From Eledone cirrhosa (Eukaryota): a stretch of DNA of 64,000 bases. The notes under the pieces were generated by a model, which ran no database searches, was not told the DNA's origin, and saw only the letters and a program-made list of their open reading frames with translations. The DNA is taken from positions 57,350,001 through 57,414,000 of the forward strand of contig OZ024740.1 of the NCBI GenBank assembly GCA_964016885.1, in the 5' to 3' direction. Numbering within the stretch: position 1 is the first letter of the stretch; every line of letters starts with the position of its first letter. A program made the position numbers and the translations under genes. Shown here one piece after another: positions 18,856 through 36,163 of this stretch.

Positions 18856-20522
18856 TAAGTTTATTCAATTGGATATTGCTAATTATTACTCATCCATCAC
18901 TCCTAATCTACTTAATAAAGCACTAACTTGCGCATTTAAACATACAGACTTAACTAGTAATGAAATGCACATTATATTATCGGCACGGAAAACATTAATA
19001 GAATTTAATAACCAACTCTGGACTAGAGCAGATAGAAATAATAACTTTGATATAACTATGGGATCATCTGATTTCGCTCAGGTAACGGATCTTGTGGGCC
19101 TCTTTATAAATAATTCTCTACATAGGAAAATACCTGATGGCCGGAGGTTTATATCGTGACGACATGCTTTTACTTATCGAAAATAATAACTATGAACTAA
19201 ATAGGAAATGAAAAGAAATTATACAATTTTTTAATTACCTTAATCTAAAAGTAGAAATAGAGAATAACCATAAAATAGTTAACTTTCTAGATGTAACATT
19301 AAACCTTAACACATGTCTTCATTATCCATTTCACAAACTAAACGAGAACTTAAACTACGTTAATTTTAACTCTAATCACCCCAGATCCGTTAAAAATACT
19401 ATAGTGAACTCTGTACAGCAACGCATTTCTAGAATTTCAGTTAATAAGAATATATTTGATGAAAAAGCGCATTATTACAACGAAGCGTTAGGTAGAGCTG
19501 GGTATAGAAATAAAATTAAATACATTGATAATAATAATATAACAACTAATCATAATCTTAACAATTTTAACTATTTTAACAATTTTAACAATTATAATAG
19601 AAAACCTTACAATAATTCGGAAAACAAAAAAAGAAATAGAACTAGGAATATATTATGGTTCGCTCCTCCTTTCTCATTAAATATTAAAACCCCTATTGCT
19701 AAACTATTCTTTAAAGCTCTTGACAAATGCTTCCCTAGAACACATAGATATTACTCAATTTTTTATAGACATACTATAAAATTAACTTATTCATCCACCA
19801 AAAATTTAGCGCAAAATATTAATAGAATTAATAATAGAAATTTAAAACCTAACCAAAATACCACTAATAACTCAAGCAATATCAAATTGGATAAATGTAA
19901 CTGTAGAAATAAATCTAACTGTCCGTTAAATAACAATTGCTTAGCTAAAAATATAGTATATAATTGTAATGTAAATACTAATTTAAATTCATTTAATTAT
20001 GTGGGATCTACTTCCACAGGTTTAAATCCCGTTTCAATAATCATAAAAATTCTTTTACAAATCCAAACAAAAAATCTTCAACTTCTCTATCTAGCTTATT
20101 ATGGGACCTCAAATTAAAGAACGTTAAATATTTGTTGCTTTGGATTGGTGGATTGGCAGTATCGGTAGAGGGTCGGACGCCATGCTTTCCAGCATAGTTA
20201 CGTCCCTTTACGATCTGAGTTCAAATCCCGCCGAGGTTGACTTTGCCTTTCATCCTTACGGGGTCGATAAAATAAAGTACCAGTAATGCACTGGGTAATT
20301 GCTGGCCTTGTGCCTAAAGTAGAAACAGTTAAATATTTGTTGCTTTGGAATATTATTTCAGAAGCTACTCCTTTTAACTCCTCTTCAGAAAATTGTGATC
20401 TTTGTATAGAGGAAATATTCTTTATATTAATGACCAACAATTCCCTGAACCTAAGGAATAATTTATTCAGTTGCTGCAGACATAGATTGAACTCAACGTT
20501 TAAATATAAATTTAAAATATAA
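18856..20522 (+). pseudogene. PLE RT plus GIY-YIG endonuclease, frameshifted and SINE-interrupted
   Basis: KFIQLDI, FDITMGSSD, GLYRDD, SNHP, RNILWFAPPFS, CNCRNKSNCPLNNNCL, YVGST, CDLCIEE. Confidence 0.9.
20145..20327 (+). mobile_element. SINE inserted in the PLE endonuclease with a 22-bp TSD
   Basis: gttaaatatttgttgctttgga is duplicated at 20123-20144 and 20328-20349. Confidence 0.92.
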
Positions 20523-21134
20523 CATATAATTATATTGATATATTAAACCTATCGATAAATCATTAGATTCCTTCTTTTGACTGCTTAATCTCTCAAGTAA
20601 AAAAACTTTTTTCCTAAATATAAACAAATATAAAAAAAACTCTTCCAGAGAAACATACTGAAAGCTCTTAAAAGGGGAAAATATTATTTGATGGTTTCTC
20701 TTATTTTTGAAAGTTTCTCTTTTGAAAGCTTCTCTTTCTTTCTCTTATGGCTATAAAATTAAATTAAACATACGAAGAAAATTTTTATAATGAATCTATT
20801 AAACATCATTATTTTAAAATTATAACTTGAAATATTCTATAATATTTTTAAAATTATATTGATTTAAAGTTACATTGCTTATAATTATATTTCCATATCG
20901 TAATATAATTTTTTTTATTTTATTTTATTTTATTTTATTTTATATATATTATGTACTTCAATTATACTATGTACTGTATTTATATATATCTCTCTCTATA
21001 TGTATGGGTGTATATATATGTATATATATATGTATGTGTATATATATTTATGTGTGTGTATGTATGTATATATATATGTGTGATGCATATCTACCTATAT
21101 GTGTAGGTACGTCTATGTGTTTATATGTGGGGAT

Positions 21135-21165
<31 letters not shown>

Positions 21166-22159
21166 GCATACAATTCGATTACACTCGTTTATAAGGATTT
21201 TCTTAAGGTTCGTGATAAACAAACCTATATAATAACAGTCACAACTACATAACAGGTGGATTTTTTAGATATTTAACTTATATAAAAAATTTGTATAATA
21301 ACATAAAGTCTGTATAACCTACAATTTCCTTTAATATCTTAACATTTGTAACATTTATATAACTAAATAATGTAATTTCCTTCACGCTGTTTTGATATTA
21401 TATGGAAATGATTTTATCGGTTTTTCTAAGATTTTATCAGAAAAATCTATAAGTCTATGAAAATTCCTATATCTTAAATTAAAAAATCCTTTATACTTTG
21501 TATGTATATGTATGTAGATGTATGTGTGTATATATATTTGTATGTATATATATTTATATGTACATGTATCTGTGCGTGCGTATGTATATATATGAATATA
21601 TTCTTTTAATAATATATAGATTTTTTAATAATATAGTCTTAATAATATATAGATTTCTTAATAATATATAGATCTCAATTTTTAATGTATAGATCTCAAT
21701 AATTTAATTGATAAACTAACCATTTAACCATATTTAAACAATGGTTAAAATTCTCCTATTATGTATATATTTTCCATTCATGCTTATTTACATTTCTATA
21801 TTCATCCATCAAATATTTATTTTTTCATTTCATCTCAAATGTTAAGATAACTTATCATTTAGAGCTTTCACTTTCTCTCTCCTCTTCTTTTCTTTTCTCT
21901 CTCTTTTTTCTTAGTTTCTTCTTAAATATTTGCTCTATCTTGTTCTTATTTTTTCTCTCTCTTGTTCTTCTCTCTCTCTCTTTCTTTCTCCGTAACCCAA
22001 CGGCTTATTTAAATCTATTCTGATTTAAAAATATCCAATACTAATTTATATAATAGTATAAATAAATTTATAACCCCACTATCCGGGAGCTTCCAACAGT
22101 AATGGTCGCATTCTTTAAGGGTATGTCAATATTTATTAATAAAACTGCTCTATATTATA

Positions 22160-22215
22160 TTTTACCTGAAGAAAGCACACCACAATTTAACTTGATGTCC
22201 TTGAAATATGTATAA
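22160..22215 (+). ncRNA. Hammerhead motif in the PLE 3' terminal repeat
   Basis: CTGAAGA at 22166, stem II, GAAA at 22203; stem I imperfect. Confidence 0.55.
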
Positions 22216-22349
22216 TGAAATAAATATGGTTTTATAAATATAGTTTCCATTTGTTAATATCGTATTTTTACTCCAATTATTTGTTGAGTGATTTATATCA
22301 GTTATAAAAATATTTGCTTGTTGTATCCCAACAATTTAAATAGAATTTC

Positions 22350-22459
<110 letters not shown>

Positions 22460-22511
22460 CTTTATACTTTGTATATATATATATATATATATAAATTGTA
22501 TATATATATAT

Positions 22512-23316
22512 AAACAAACATAAATTATCGAGAATCATATTTCGGCCCACGAAATAACGAAAAACAACCTCCGAGATGTGTGGCAAGTGCTCAATGATTC
22601 AGATGAACGAGAGCTATAACATACGTTAAAGGCCAAACACACTGAGACGATGGTTAAACAATCATTCGCATAGCCAAAAAAAACGATCAAGTTATTCGGG
22701 TCAAACAAATAAAGAATATCTGTGATTGAAAATTTACCCGGACCCCTGGAAGGTTGGTAAAATCCAGTATTTGGGTTTCTGCGGCTCCTAAATCAAGTAC
22801 TGTCCGCTTACATAAATAATGTTAGGTTTCTGGTAAGATGGTTGAACAAGGAAGCCACTTTCTCAAGAGGTTTTAGTTCAATGTTAATACAAGGACTGAC
22901 TATTGCTGACCCCACGTGGGGATCGGCAATGGTGGCAACCCCTATATCAGGCGAATGAATTCAGTTGTGTATAAGTTTGCAAGAATGAAAAAACATCAAA
23001 AGTCGAATAGAGTTCTCAACAGAAGGGTTAAAATTAACATAAGCTATTCATCAGTCAATAGAATCAACTAAAAAATCAAGAAAATTAACTGGTCAATAGC
23101 TAGAGTCTGGAGATTAATACAAACATAAATTATCGAGAATCGCATTTCAGCCTACGAAATAACGAAAAACAACCTCCGAGATGTGTGGCAAGTGCTCAAT
23201 GATTCATATGAACCAGAGCTATAACAAGCGTTAAAGGCCAAACACACTGAGACGATGGTTAAACAATCATTGGCATAGCCAAAAAAACGATCAAGTAATT
23301 CGGGTCAAACAAATAA
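22512..23316 (-). mobile_element. Non-coding ~607 bp unit (1.3 copies) with a hammerhead; retrozyme-like
   Basis: 22512-22711 is repeated at about 23119-23316; TA flanks; HHR inside. Confidence 0.7.
22736..22871 (-). ncRNA. Type I hammerhead, U3:A8 variant, large stem II loop
   Basis: acctc-TTGAGAA-a-gtggcttcct..aggagccgc-a-GAAA-ccc..ctgga..tccag-ggg-TC-cgggt. Confidence 0.65.
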
Positions 23317-26907
<3,591 letters not shown>

Positions 26908-27131
26908 GGGGGGGGGTGTTAGTAGGCGTCAGTCATCTTACCATTCCATTCCTTCTAACTAGCCTCTGTGTCACGTGATTGATTCTTTAGAATCGGCCAT
27001 TTGACTTGAAGCAGTGAGAATTTCGGCACATAGAATCCAGTCCTCGCAAGCTGTTCGATCTACCGAATTATTATTATTTTTATATGAGCCGCCAGTGTCC
27101 GCGCATTGCCTGGAGACTTAACTGAGAATAG

Positions 27132-27213
27132 ACTCCCTGATGACGCAATGAATTCTCGACAGTTGGATTACGTAACTGTCTTTATCCCATTGCAGAAACT
27201 AATTAGTTGGAGT
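27132..27213 (+). ncRNA. Type I hammerhead ribozyme (unit 1)
   Basis: actcc-CTGATGA-c-gcaatg..cattgc-a-GAAA-ctaattag-TT-ggagt. Confidence 0.85.
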
Positions 27214-27452
27214 GAAAATTTAAGTAAGTAAAAAAAATTTTTTAAAAATTTTTTTTAAAAAATATTTTCTTATTTTACGTCCTTTATATTATTGTTCTGC
27301 ATTCTCCTGCATTGAACCACCTAGGTACTATGACATAACCTGTGTATTTGCTGGCATGGGCGTGCATCTGTGCGCTTATGTTAGTTGATATATTAAATTA
27401 TCTATATTTATCTCCAAATCACTGATTTGTCGAGCAAACTTGTCAAAACCAC

Positions 27453-27491
<39 letters not shown>

Positions 27492-27714
27492 TTTTGGGGT
27501 GTTAGTAGGCGTCAGTCATCTTACCATCCCATTCCTTCTAACTAGCCTCTGTGTCACGTGATTGATTCTTTAGAATCGGCCATTTGACTTGAAGCAGTGA
27601 GAATTTCGGCACATAGAATCCAGTCCTCGCAAGCTGTTCGATCTACCGAATTATTATTATTTTTATATGAGCCGCCAGTGTCCGCGCATTGCCTGGAGAC
27701 TTAACTGAGAATAG

Positions 27715-27796
27715 ACTCCCTGATGACGCAATGAATTCTCGACAGTTGGATTACGTAACTGTCTTTATCCCATTGCAGAAACTAATTAGTTGGAGT
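27715..27796 (+). ncRNA. Type I hammerhead ribozyme (unit 2)
   Basis: Same motif as unit 1. Confidence 0.85.
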
Positions 27797-28036
27797 GAAA
27801 ATTTAAGTAAGTAAAAAAAAATTTTTTTAAAATTTTTTTAAAAAAATATTTTCTTATTTTACGTCCTTTATATTATTGTTCTGCATTCTCCTGCATTGAA
27901 CCACCTAGGTACTATGACATAACCTGTGTATTTGCTGGCATGGGCGTGCATCTGTGCGCTTATGTTAGTTGATATATTAAATTATCTATATTTATCTCCA
28001 AATCACTGATTTGTCGAGCATACTTGTCAAAACCAC

Positions 28037-28071
<35 letters not shown>

Positions 28072-28294
28072 GGGGGGGGTGTTAGTAGGCGTCAGTCATC
28101 TTACCATCCCATTCCTTCTAACTAGCCTCTGTGTCACGTGATTGATTCTTTAGAATCGGCCATTTGACTTGAAGCAGTGAGAATTTCGGCACATAGAATC
28201 CAGTCCTCGCAAGCTGTTCGATCTACCGAATTATTATTATTTTTATATGAGCCGCCAGTGTCCGCGCATTGCCTGGAGACTTAACTGAGAATAG

Positions 28295-28375
28295 ACTCCC
28301 TGATGACGCAATAATTCTCGACAGTTGGATTACGTAACTGTCTTTATCCCATTGCAGAAACTAATTAGTTGGAGT
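28295..28375 (+). ncRNA. Type I hammerhead ribozyme (unit 3, 1-nt deletion in stem II)
   Basis: Same motif, gcaataattc instead of gcaatgaattc. Confidence 0.82.
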
Positions 28376-28614
28376 GAAAATTTAAGTAAGTAAAAAAAAT
28401 TTTTTTAAAATTTTTTTTAAAAAATATTTTCTTATTTTACGTCCTTTATATTATTGTTCTGCATTCTCCTGCATTGAACCACCTAGGTACTATGACATAA
28501 CCTGTGTATTTGCTGGCATGGGCGTGCATCTGTGCGCTTATGTTAGTTGATATATTAAATTATCTATATTTATCTCCAAATCACTGATTTGTCGAGCAAA
28601 CTTGTCAAAACCAC

Positions 28615-28664
<50 letters not shown>

Positions 28665-28887
28665 GGGGGGGGTGTTAGTAGGCGTCAGTCATCTTACCAT
28701 CCCATTCCTTCTAACTAGCCTCTGTGTCACGTGATTGATTCTTTAGAATCGGCCATTTGACTTGAAGCAGTGAGAATTTCGGCACATAGAATCCAGTCCT
28801 CGCAAGCTGTTCGATCTACCGAATTATTATTATTTTTATATGAGCCGCCAGTGTCCGCGCATTGCCTGGAGACTTAACTGAGAATAG

Positions 28888-28969
28888 ACTCCCTGATGAC
28901 GCAATGAATTCTCGACAGTTGGATTACGTAACTGTCTTTATCCCATTGCAGAAACTAATTAGTTGGAGT
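28888..28969 (+). ncRNA. Type I hammerhead ribozyme (unit 4)
   Basis: Same motif as unit 1. Confidence 0.85.
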
Positions 28970-29041
28970 GAAAATTTAAGTAAGTAAAAAAAATTTTTTT
29001 TAAATTTTTTTTAAAAAATATTTTCTTATTTTACGTCCTTT

Positions 29042-29076
<35 letters not shown>

Positions 29077-29108
29077 CTTTGTATATATATATATATATAT
29101 ATATACTT

Positions 29109-29149
<41 letters not shown>

Positions 29150-29151
29150 TT

Positions 29152-29234
<83 letters not shown>

Positions 29235-29338
29235 TAATTCCGATCTTTGTATGTATATATATATACATATATCTATATACTTTGTATATATATCTATATA
29301 TATATATACTTTGTATATATATATATATATATATACTT

Positions 29339-29376
<38 letters not shown>

Positions 29377-29379
<3 letters not shown>

Positions 29380-30237
29380 TAAAACCTGTCTATAGAATCA
29401 ATCAGATATTAAAATATATACTATTTCTTCCTCTAATCAGCATAATTAACCATATACATAATCAAATCCAGCAAGCTTTAAGAGTAAATTTTCTAACGGG
29501 GAAATCTCCGACAAACAATTGATCGCAGCCAGTTCGCGTTAACTCCGTTCCATTATTTATCAAACACTTCGGCAGCATACAGAATCCGATCAAATATATC
29601 GTCAACCGCACGTAATTAGTAGTAAAATTAAACTTAGAAGAAATACGCACATACCGTAATTATATCTCTACCATGGTTTCTTCCTTGTTTAGGACATCCA
29701 AATAGTATGGACTTGCCCAGAGTCAGGTTATCATCAGGAGATAAACTCAGAAATAGACATTTAATTTCTCAGACCGACCCCGCCAAATTTAGATTCAAAA
29801 ATGGCTAAGATCGCTATGTAGCTGTGTACCAGCCAGATAGAAAGCGTGTGATTGGTCGCTTACGGCGGGTAGGCATGCTGCTAGAAAGCGCAGCCATATA
29901 TCGCCAAATTTAATCTCAACCGATAGGGAGATTATTAAATATAGAGGTTATCACATACATAAAATTAAATTAAATTAAATCAAGGATACATATATGTGTT
30001 GCAACTGTTCACTTTTAAGCTCAATGAAGAATTAATAAGTTAAAATCAATAAATCAGAGCATTATATCATAAAACCTGTCTATAGAATCAATCAGATATT
30101 AAAATATATACTATTTCTTCCTCTAATCAGCATAATTAACCATATACATAATCAAATCCAGCAAGCTTTAAGAGTAAGTTTTCTAACGGGGAAATCTCCG
30201 ACAAACAATTGATCGCAGCTAGTTCGCGTTAACTCCG
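29377..30237 (-). mobile_element. Non-coding ~690 bp unit (1.25 copies) with a hammerhead; retrozyme-like
   Basis: About 29377-29547 is repeated at about 30067-30237; TA flanks. Confidence 0.75.
29663..29743 (-). ncRNA. Type I hammerhead ribozyme
   Basis: tatctc-CTGATGA-(long stem II)-GAAA-ccatgg-TA-gagata. Confidence 0.8.
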
Positions 30238-30260
30238 TATATATATATATATATATACTT

Positions 30261-30345
<85 letters not shown>

Positions 30346-30380
30346 TCTTTGTATATATATATATATATATATATATACTT

Positions 30381-30419
<39 letters not shown>

Positions 30420-30421
30420 TT

Positions 30422-30462
<41 letters not shown>

Positions 30463-30464
30463 TT

Positions 30465-30501
<37 letters not shown>

Positions 30502-30503
30502 TT

Positions 30504-30544
<41 letters not shown>

Positions 30545-30583
30545 TTTGTATATATATATATATATATATATATAAATATACTT

Positions 30584-30636
<53 letters not shown>

Positions 30637-30638
<2 letters not shown>

Positions 30639-31078
30639 ATGTATATATAATGTATTTTGCAATGCACTTCATGCTTAATTAAAAGCATTTTGAAGACCGT
30701 AAGCTATTGTTTTAAAGTAGTAACAAATTCACTCACTTTGATCTCAGCAAACAGGGGAGATAAGCCGACAAGTCTTGTTTCGCTTTGGTTGAAGCTTATC
30801 AAGGCCAACTACCCCGCCTGTCTACTGAGATCATTGATGTTATATTCTTATAGAAATCTAGTAAATAATCAGGAGCTGATTATGCAGAGCGGTTGTTGGT
30901 CAGGCAGAAATTAAAAATTAGAATTGGAGCTCTGAAACAGCAATATATATATCAAAGTGAGTGAATTTGTCACTACTTTAAAACAATAGCTTACGGTCTT
31001 CAAAATGCTTTTAATTAAGCATAAAGTGTATTGCAAAATACATTATATATACATCCATATATATATTGCTATTTCAGA
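30637..31078 (-). mobile_element. Copy of the ~315 bp hammerhead repeat with a partial inverted copy
   Basis: Homologous to 55917-57162; about 30951-31078 is inverted. Confidence 0.85.
30763..30806 (-). ncRNA. Minimal type I hammerhead, U3:A8 variant
   Basis: ggcc-TTGATAA-gctt caacca aagc-GAAA-caag a cttg-TC-ggct. Confidence 0.8.
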
Positions 31079-31352
31079 GTGAGGTTTTTTTTACAAAATG
31101 AAAAATAACCGAGGTGTCCTACACGAGTGAAAGTATAAAGAAAAAGAGATGAAATCGAAAATGCAGCTGGAGTCTTATTTTTTTACAAATATATATATTT
31201 ATTTATAAATATATATTTAAAATATATATATTTATATATATATATTTATTTATATATATACATTTATTTATATATATATATTTAAAAATATATATATTTT
31301 TTAAAAAAATAAGACTCCAGTTGCATTTTCGATTTCATCTCTTTTTCTTTAT

Positions 31353-31372
31353 ATATATATATATATATACTT

Positions 31373-31407
<35 letters not shown>

Positions 31408-31461
31408 TTTGTATATATATATATATATACTTTGTATATATATATATATATATATATACTT

Positions 31462-31525
<64 letters not shown>

Positions 31526-31584
31526 CTTTGTATATATATATATATATATATATATATACTTTGTATATATATATATATATACTT

Positions 31585-31623
<39 letters not shown>

Positions 31624-31625
31624 TT

Positions 31626-31668
<43 letters not shown>

Positions 31669-31670
31669 TT

Positions 31671-31713
<43 letters not shown>

Positions 31714-31720
31714 TTTGTAT

Positions 31721-31751
<31 letters not shown>

Positions 31752-31843
31752 CTTTGTATATATATATATATATATATATATACTTTGTATATATATATAT
31801 ATATATATATACTTTGTATATATATATATATATATATATACTT

Positions 31844-31878
<35 letters not shown>

Positions 31879-31882
31879 TTTG

Positions 31883-31922
<40 letters not shown>

Positions 31923-31925
31923 CTT

Positions 31926-31968
<43 letters not shown>

Positions 31969-31970
31969 TT

Positions 31971-32011
<41 letters not shown>

Positions 32012-32240
32012 TTTGTATATATATGTATATATATATATAATTTGTATATGTATATATATATATAATTTGTATATATATATATATATATATAATTTGTATA
32101 TATATATATATATAATTTGTATATATATATATATATATAATTTGTATATATATATATATATATACTTTGTATATATATATATATATACTTTGTATATATA
32201 TATACATATATATATATACTTTGTATATATATATACATAT
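31353..32240. repeat. (TA)n-CTTTG satellite
   Basis: Simple compound repeat. Confidence 0.95.
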
Positions 32241-33564
32241 ACATACCTACATCAGCATACATCCTATATACATCTCTATCCACATATAAACACAATGACA
32301 TACGTAAACACACATGTTCTATGGTGCAACACAAATATACACAAATTTGCATACCTTTTGATGTCTATAGATATAAACGTGCCGACACACACACATACAT
32401 ATACGCACACATGCATTGCACACTGATGGGCACATACATATTTGTACACAAGTATTCCCATACGGCAGGGCCTAATGGATTCCCCTTGCAGTACGTACAA
32501 TCTGGACACTCACACACACCTTGGTGTTATGACAATACTATACATCATTTCACACCTTTCATTATTAATGTTTTTGATGTTCTTTTGAGAGAATCGTTTT
32601 TGCAAATTACTGAAAATATCGAATAATGTACACCATTTTTACCAGTGTCACAAATATACTGGTCCATACACACACACACACAAACACATACACACATATA
32701 CACACACACACATATACACACACACATACACACGCGTACACTAACAGACATATACACACACACACACTTCTCCGTATAAGACAAGAGCTGAAAAATATCT
32801 TTCAACATGCTAAAATATCCCCCACACACGTACAGACATTCCTACTGACAGAATCCCTCTACCACGAATCACTCTGCTACACACACACACACACATTTGT
32901 CTTAATAGACACCTGAACTGTTGACCTTTCAACATGACTGCAACTCACACACACATCCCTACTGACCATTATCACAACAATGAACCTCTTTACTACACAC
33001 ACATACACATATTTGTCTTAAAAGACTTATTTTTCAGTGACTTCTCAATCAGGCGAAAAAGGACACTCTTCGACAAACCCATATTTGGCGGAAAATCAAT
33101 TTTTAACATTCACATGACCTCTACCGATCAATCAAAATTGTTTTGACTACAAGAATTTTTGCAACACGAATTGGCGCGAAACTTATAGTACTCATTCACG
33201 TGACATTCAACAACCATCCAAATCTTAATACCTCTGGAGCCACTTTTTTCACATAAAACAGGTAGAATTTCCAAAACCGCTCTATCTCAAAATTATTTTG
33301 GAAAAGCATTAGAAATGCGCAACCGGTAAAAACTTAAAACTAAAACTGAATACTAACCAATACTTATTACTAATTTTTACTTATTCCTAATTAAACTATG
33401 TTTCACTGGGAACAATTTGTCAGCATTTTCTTTTCCTTTTACTAATATATATATATATATACTTCGTATATATATATACTTTGTATATATATATATACTT
33501 TATATATATATATATATATTACTTTGTATATATATATATACAAAGTATATATATATATATATAT

Positions 33565-35548
33565 AAAATCGAAGAACCTCATCTACCTCCCCTCCGACAA
33601 GGGAAAAGAATTCTGCGTCATCAACAGAGAGGCCTACAACACCCTGGCCCTCCAACACCCTGGCCCTCCAATACCCTGGCCCTCCAACACCTTGACGATG
33701 ACAACCTCTACTCCAAGGTCACTCTCTACACCTCGCTCCCGGCACTCCCGGCCGTCAATATACTGATGGAACGCGTCCAATCCGCCGACCTACACTGCTT
33801 CGGGCTCACCACCACTGACATCCACTAACTCCTATCCATCGTCGTCGACAACACCTACTTCGGATTCCTTGACCAAACATACCAACAAACCTCGGGACTG
33901 TCCATGGGATCAAGCCTGTCGGGTGTGCTAGCGATCTCTTACATGGAGAGCCTCGAGCGCAAGGCACTCAACGCCTGCCACCCCAACGCCGTCACCTTTT
34001 TCTCAAGGTACGTGGACGATATCCTCATCCTTACATCTTCCCAAGACATGGCGAACAGAATCTATGAGACGTTCAACAACACGGACGAGAACATTGACTT
34101 CAGTGTTGAACACCCCAACGACGAATGGGTTACTTGCCCTCCTCGACTTCCGAATCAACATCACGGAACAGGGAGGGATCCACTGCAACTTCTACCGAAA
34201 GGCTGCCTGCAGGGACCTGTTCGTCCACTACAAGTCCGCCCTCCCTAAAAGTGCCAAAAGAGAATACATCACGAACGAGATCGCGCGAATCAAAAACAGA
34301 TGCAGCGATCCCGTGAGTGGTGTCACTCATACCAAGCGATTCCACGAGGTGCTGGAGACAAACGGGTACCCTACCTCGCTCACAGACAGAGTAGGAGACA
34401 CCAGACACAAGAGACAGAGAGGCACCCAAGGCAAATTCTTCCTTAAAATTCCACACCTGGGCGAGAATACCACCAACGCTATCCGCAGAGCTATACGGAG
34501 GGAGGGCCTCGACATCCACCTGGCCCACTCGGGCCCCTCCCTGCGAAGATGCCTTTCCAGGAAACCCGGGAAATCAACTGACGCGTGCTCCCTCAGAGAC
34601 TGCCCGATGCGCCATGCGAACTGTTGCCTACGCACATACGTCGTGTATAAGATAGAATGTAACAGTGCAACCAATACTATATAGGTAGCACAATCCGGCC
34701 GTTGCACATCCGGATCAAGGAACACACTAAAACCAGGGCCTCGTCTTTCCGGAAACACAGACAAATGCGGAAACAAAGACGGAAGGCCCATTGTCACAAT
34801 TCTAGCGACAGAAAGAAACGTCGGCACGTTACGTATCAAGGAAGCACTTTGGATCAAACGCCTAGGGCCACAATTAAACAACCGATCCGAGAGAAGCGAA
34901 ATGAGGTGGTTGGTTTAAGTTAACAAACGATGCAGCAACACATGCACACACACACACACAAACGAGACAGCAACACACACACACACAGTAGCATTCCACC
35001 ATACGAACATACTACACTGCCAATACAGAGGAACAAGGCAACAACACACGCACACACACTCAAGCAAGACAACAACACACGCACACACACATTAACATTC
35101 ACCAAACAGGCAGAGAATGGACTGACAGCTAGCGCCACCCCACTCCCACAATTGAAAGAACTACTTCGGCCGCTGACCTCTGCCTGACCGACCCCATTTC
35201 ACGCACACGCGCGCTCTGCTGAATACCTCAGATATTCAAAATAACGAACAGCGGAGGACACGTTTTGAACCTTTCCGACAGACAACCTCCCCCCCTCCCC
35301 AAAAAACCCAATTGATGGATGTGAATCCGAAATATATAGGGACAATTAAATCTCTCCCAAGGTAACTCTTTCTTGTGTTGTTATTTTTATTTTTATCCTT
35401 TACGCTCTTTGCTTCATTCCTCTACACAGTCTTATACACGCCACGCATCTCAACGTACACCCACTTACATCTCTCTCTCCACCACCGGATCTTGTTACCC
35501 GGAGATTTACCCATCTGCATTGTCGAGGCTTCCAAACGACTTAAAGAG
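33565..35548 (+). mobile_element. 5'-truncated, frameshifted Penelope-like element (non-Naiad; RT, Cys-rich linker, GIY-YIG)
   Basis: SLYTSLP, SGLSMGSSLSGVLA, RYVDDI, LDFRI, FYRK, CSLRDCPMRHANCC, YVVYKIEC, YIGST..LHIRIKEH; TA-CTTTG flanks. Confidence 0.88.
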
Positions 35549-35627
35549 ATATATACTTTGTATATATATATATATATATACTTTGTATATATATACTTTG
35601 TATATATATATATATATATATATACTT

Positions 35628-35660
<33 letters not shown>

Positions 35661-35782
35661 TTTGTATATATATATACTTTGTATAAATGTATATATATAC
35701 TTTGTATATATATATATACTTTGTATACATATATATACTTTGTATATACATATATATATATATACTTTGTATATATATACTT

Positions 35783-35816
<34 letters not shown>

Positions 35817-35842
35817 CTTTGTGTGTATATATATATATACTT

Positions 35843-35889
<47 letters not shown>

Positions 35890-35891
35890 TT

Positions 35892-35953
<62 letters not shown>

Positions 35954-36163
35954 GAGAGAGAGAGAAATAACCTGTATTTCAAATACTTTTATAAACGTAT
36001 GAAATGATTATCACACGTTAGATGACACTGTATATCAGTTGAGTATGCATATCAGCATATCACTGTTGCATTGAGTTCTGACATGACTAAAAACATCCTA
36101 CTTTGATACGAGACAGACTAATATATATATATATGTGTGTGTGTGTATGTGTTGGTGTGTGTA

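Larger units (their letters stand above)
26874..29043 (+). mobile_element. Tandem array (~3.7 x ~580 bp) with one hammerhead and one poly(A) tract per unit; retrozyme-like
   Basis: Near-identical units starting gtgttagtaggcgtcag at about 26916, 27499, 28079 and 28672; no ORF; TA flanks. Confidence 0.88.

Noticed and set aside
19208-19210. In-frame TGA in the Naiad-type RT as selenocysteine (reported for some Naiads)
   Set aside because: Aligns to Arg in the 54-55 kb relative (NRK*KEI versus DRVRKQL), so CGA>TGA decay is more likely; the copy is also frameshifted and no SECIS was recognised
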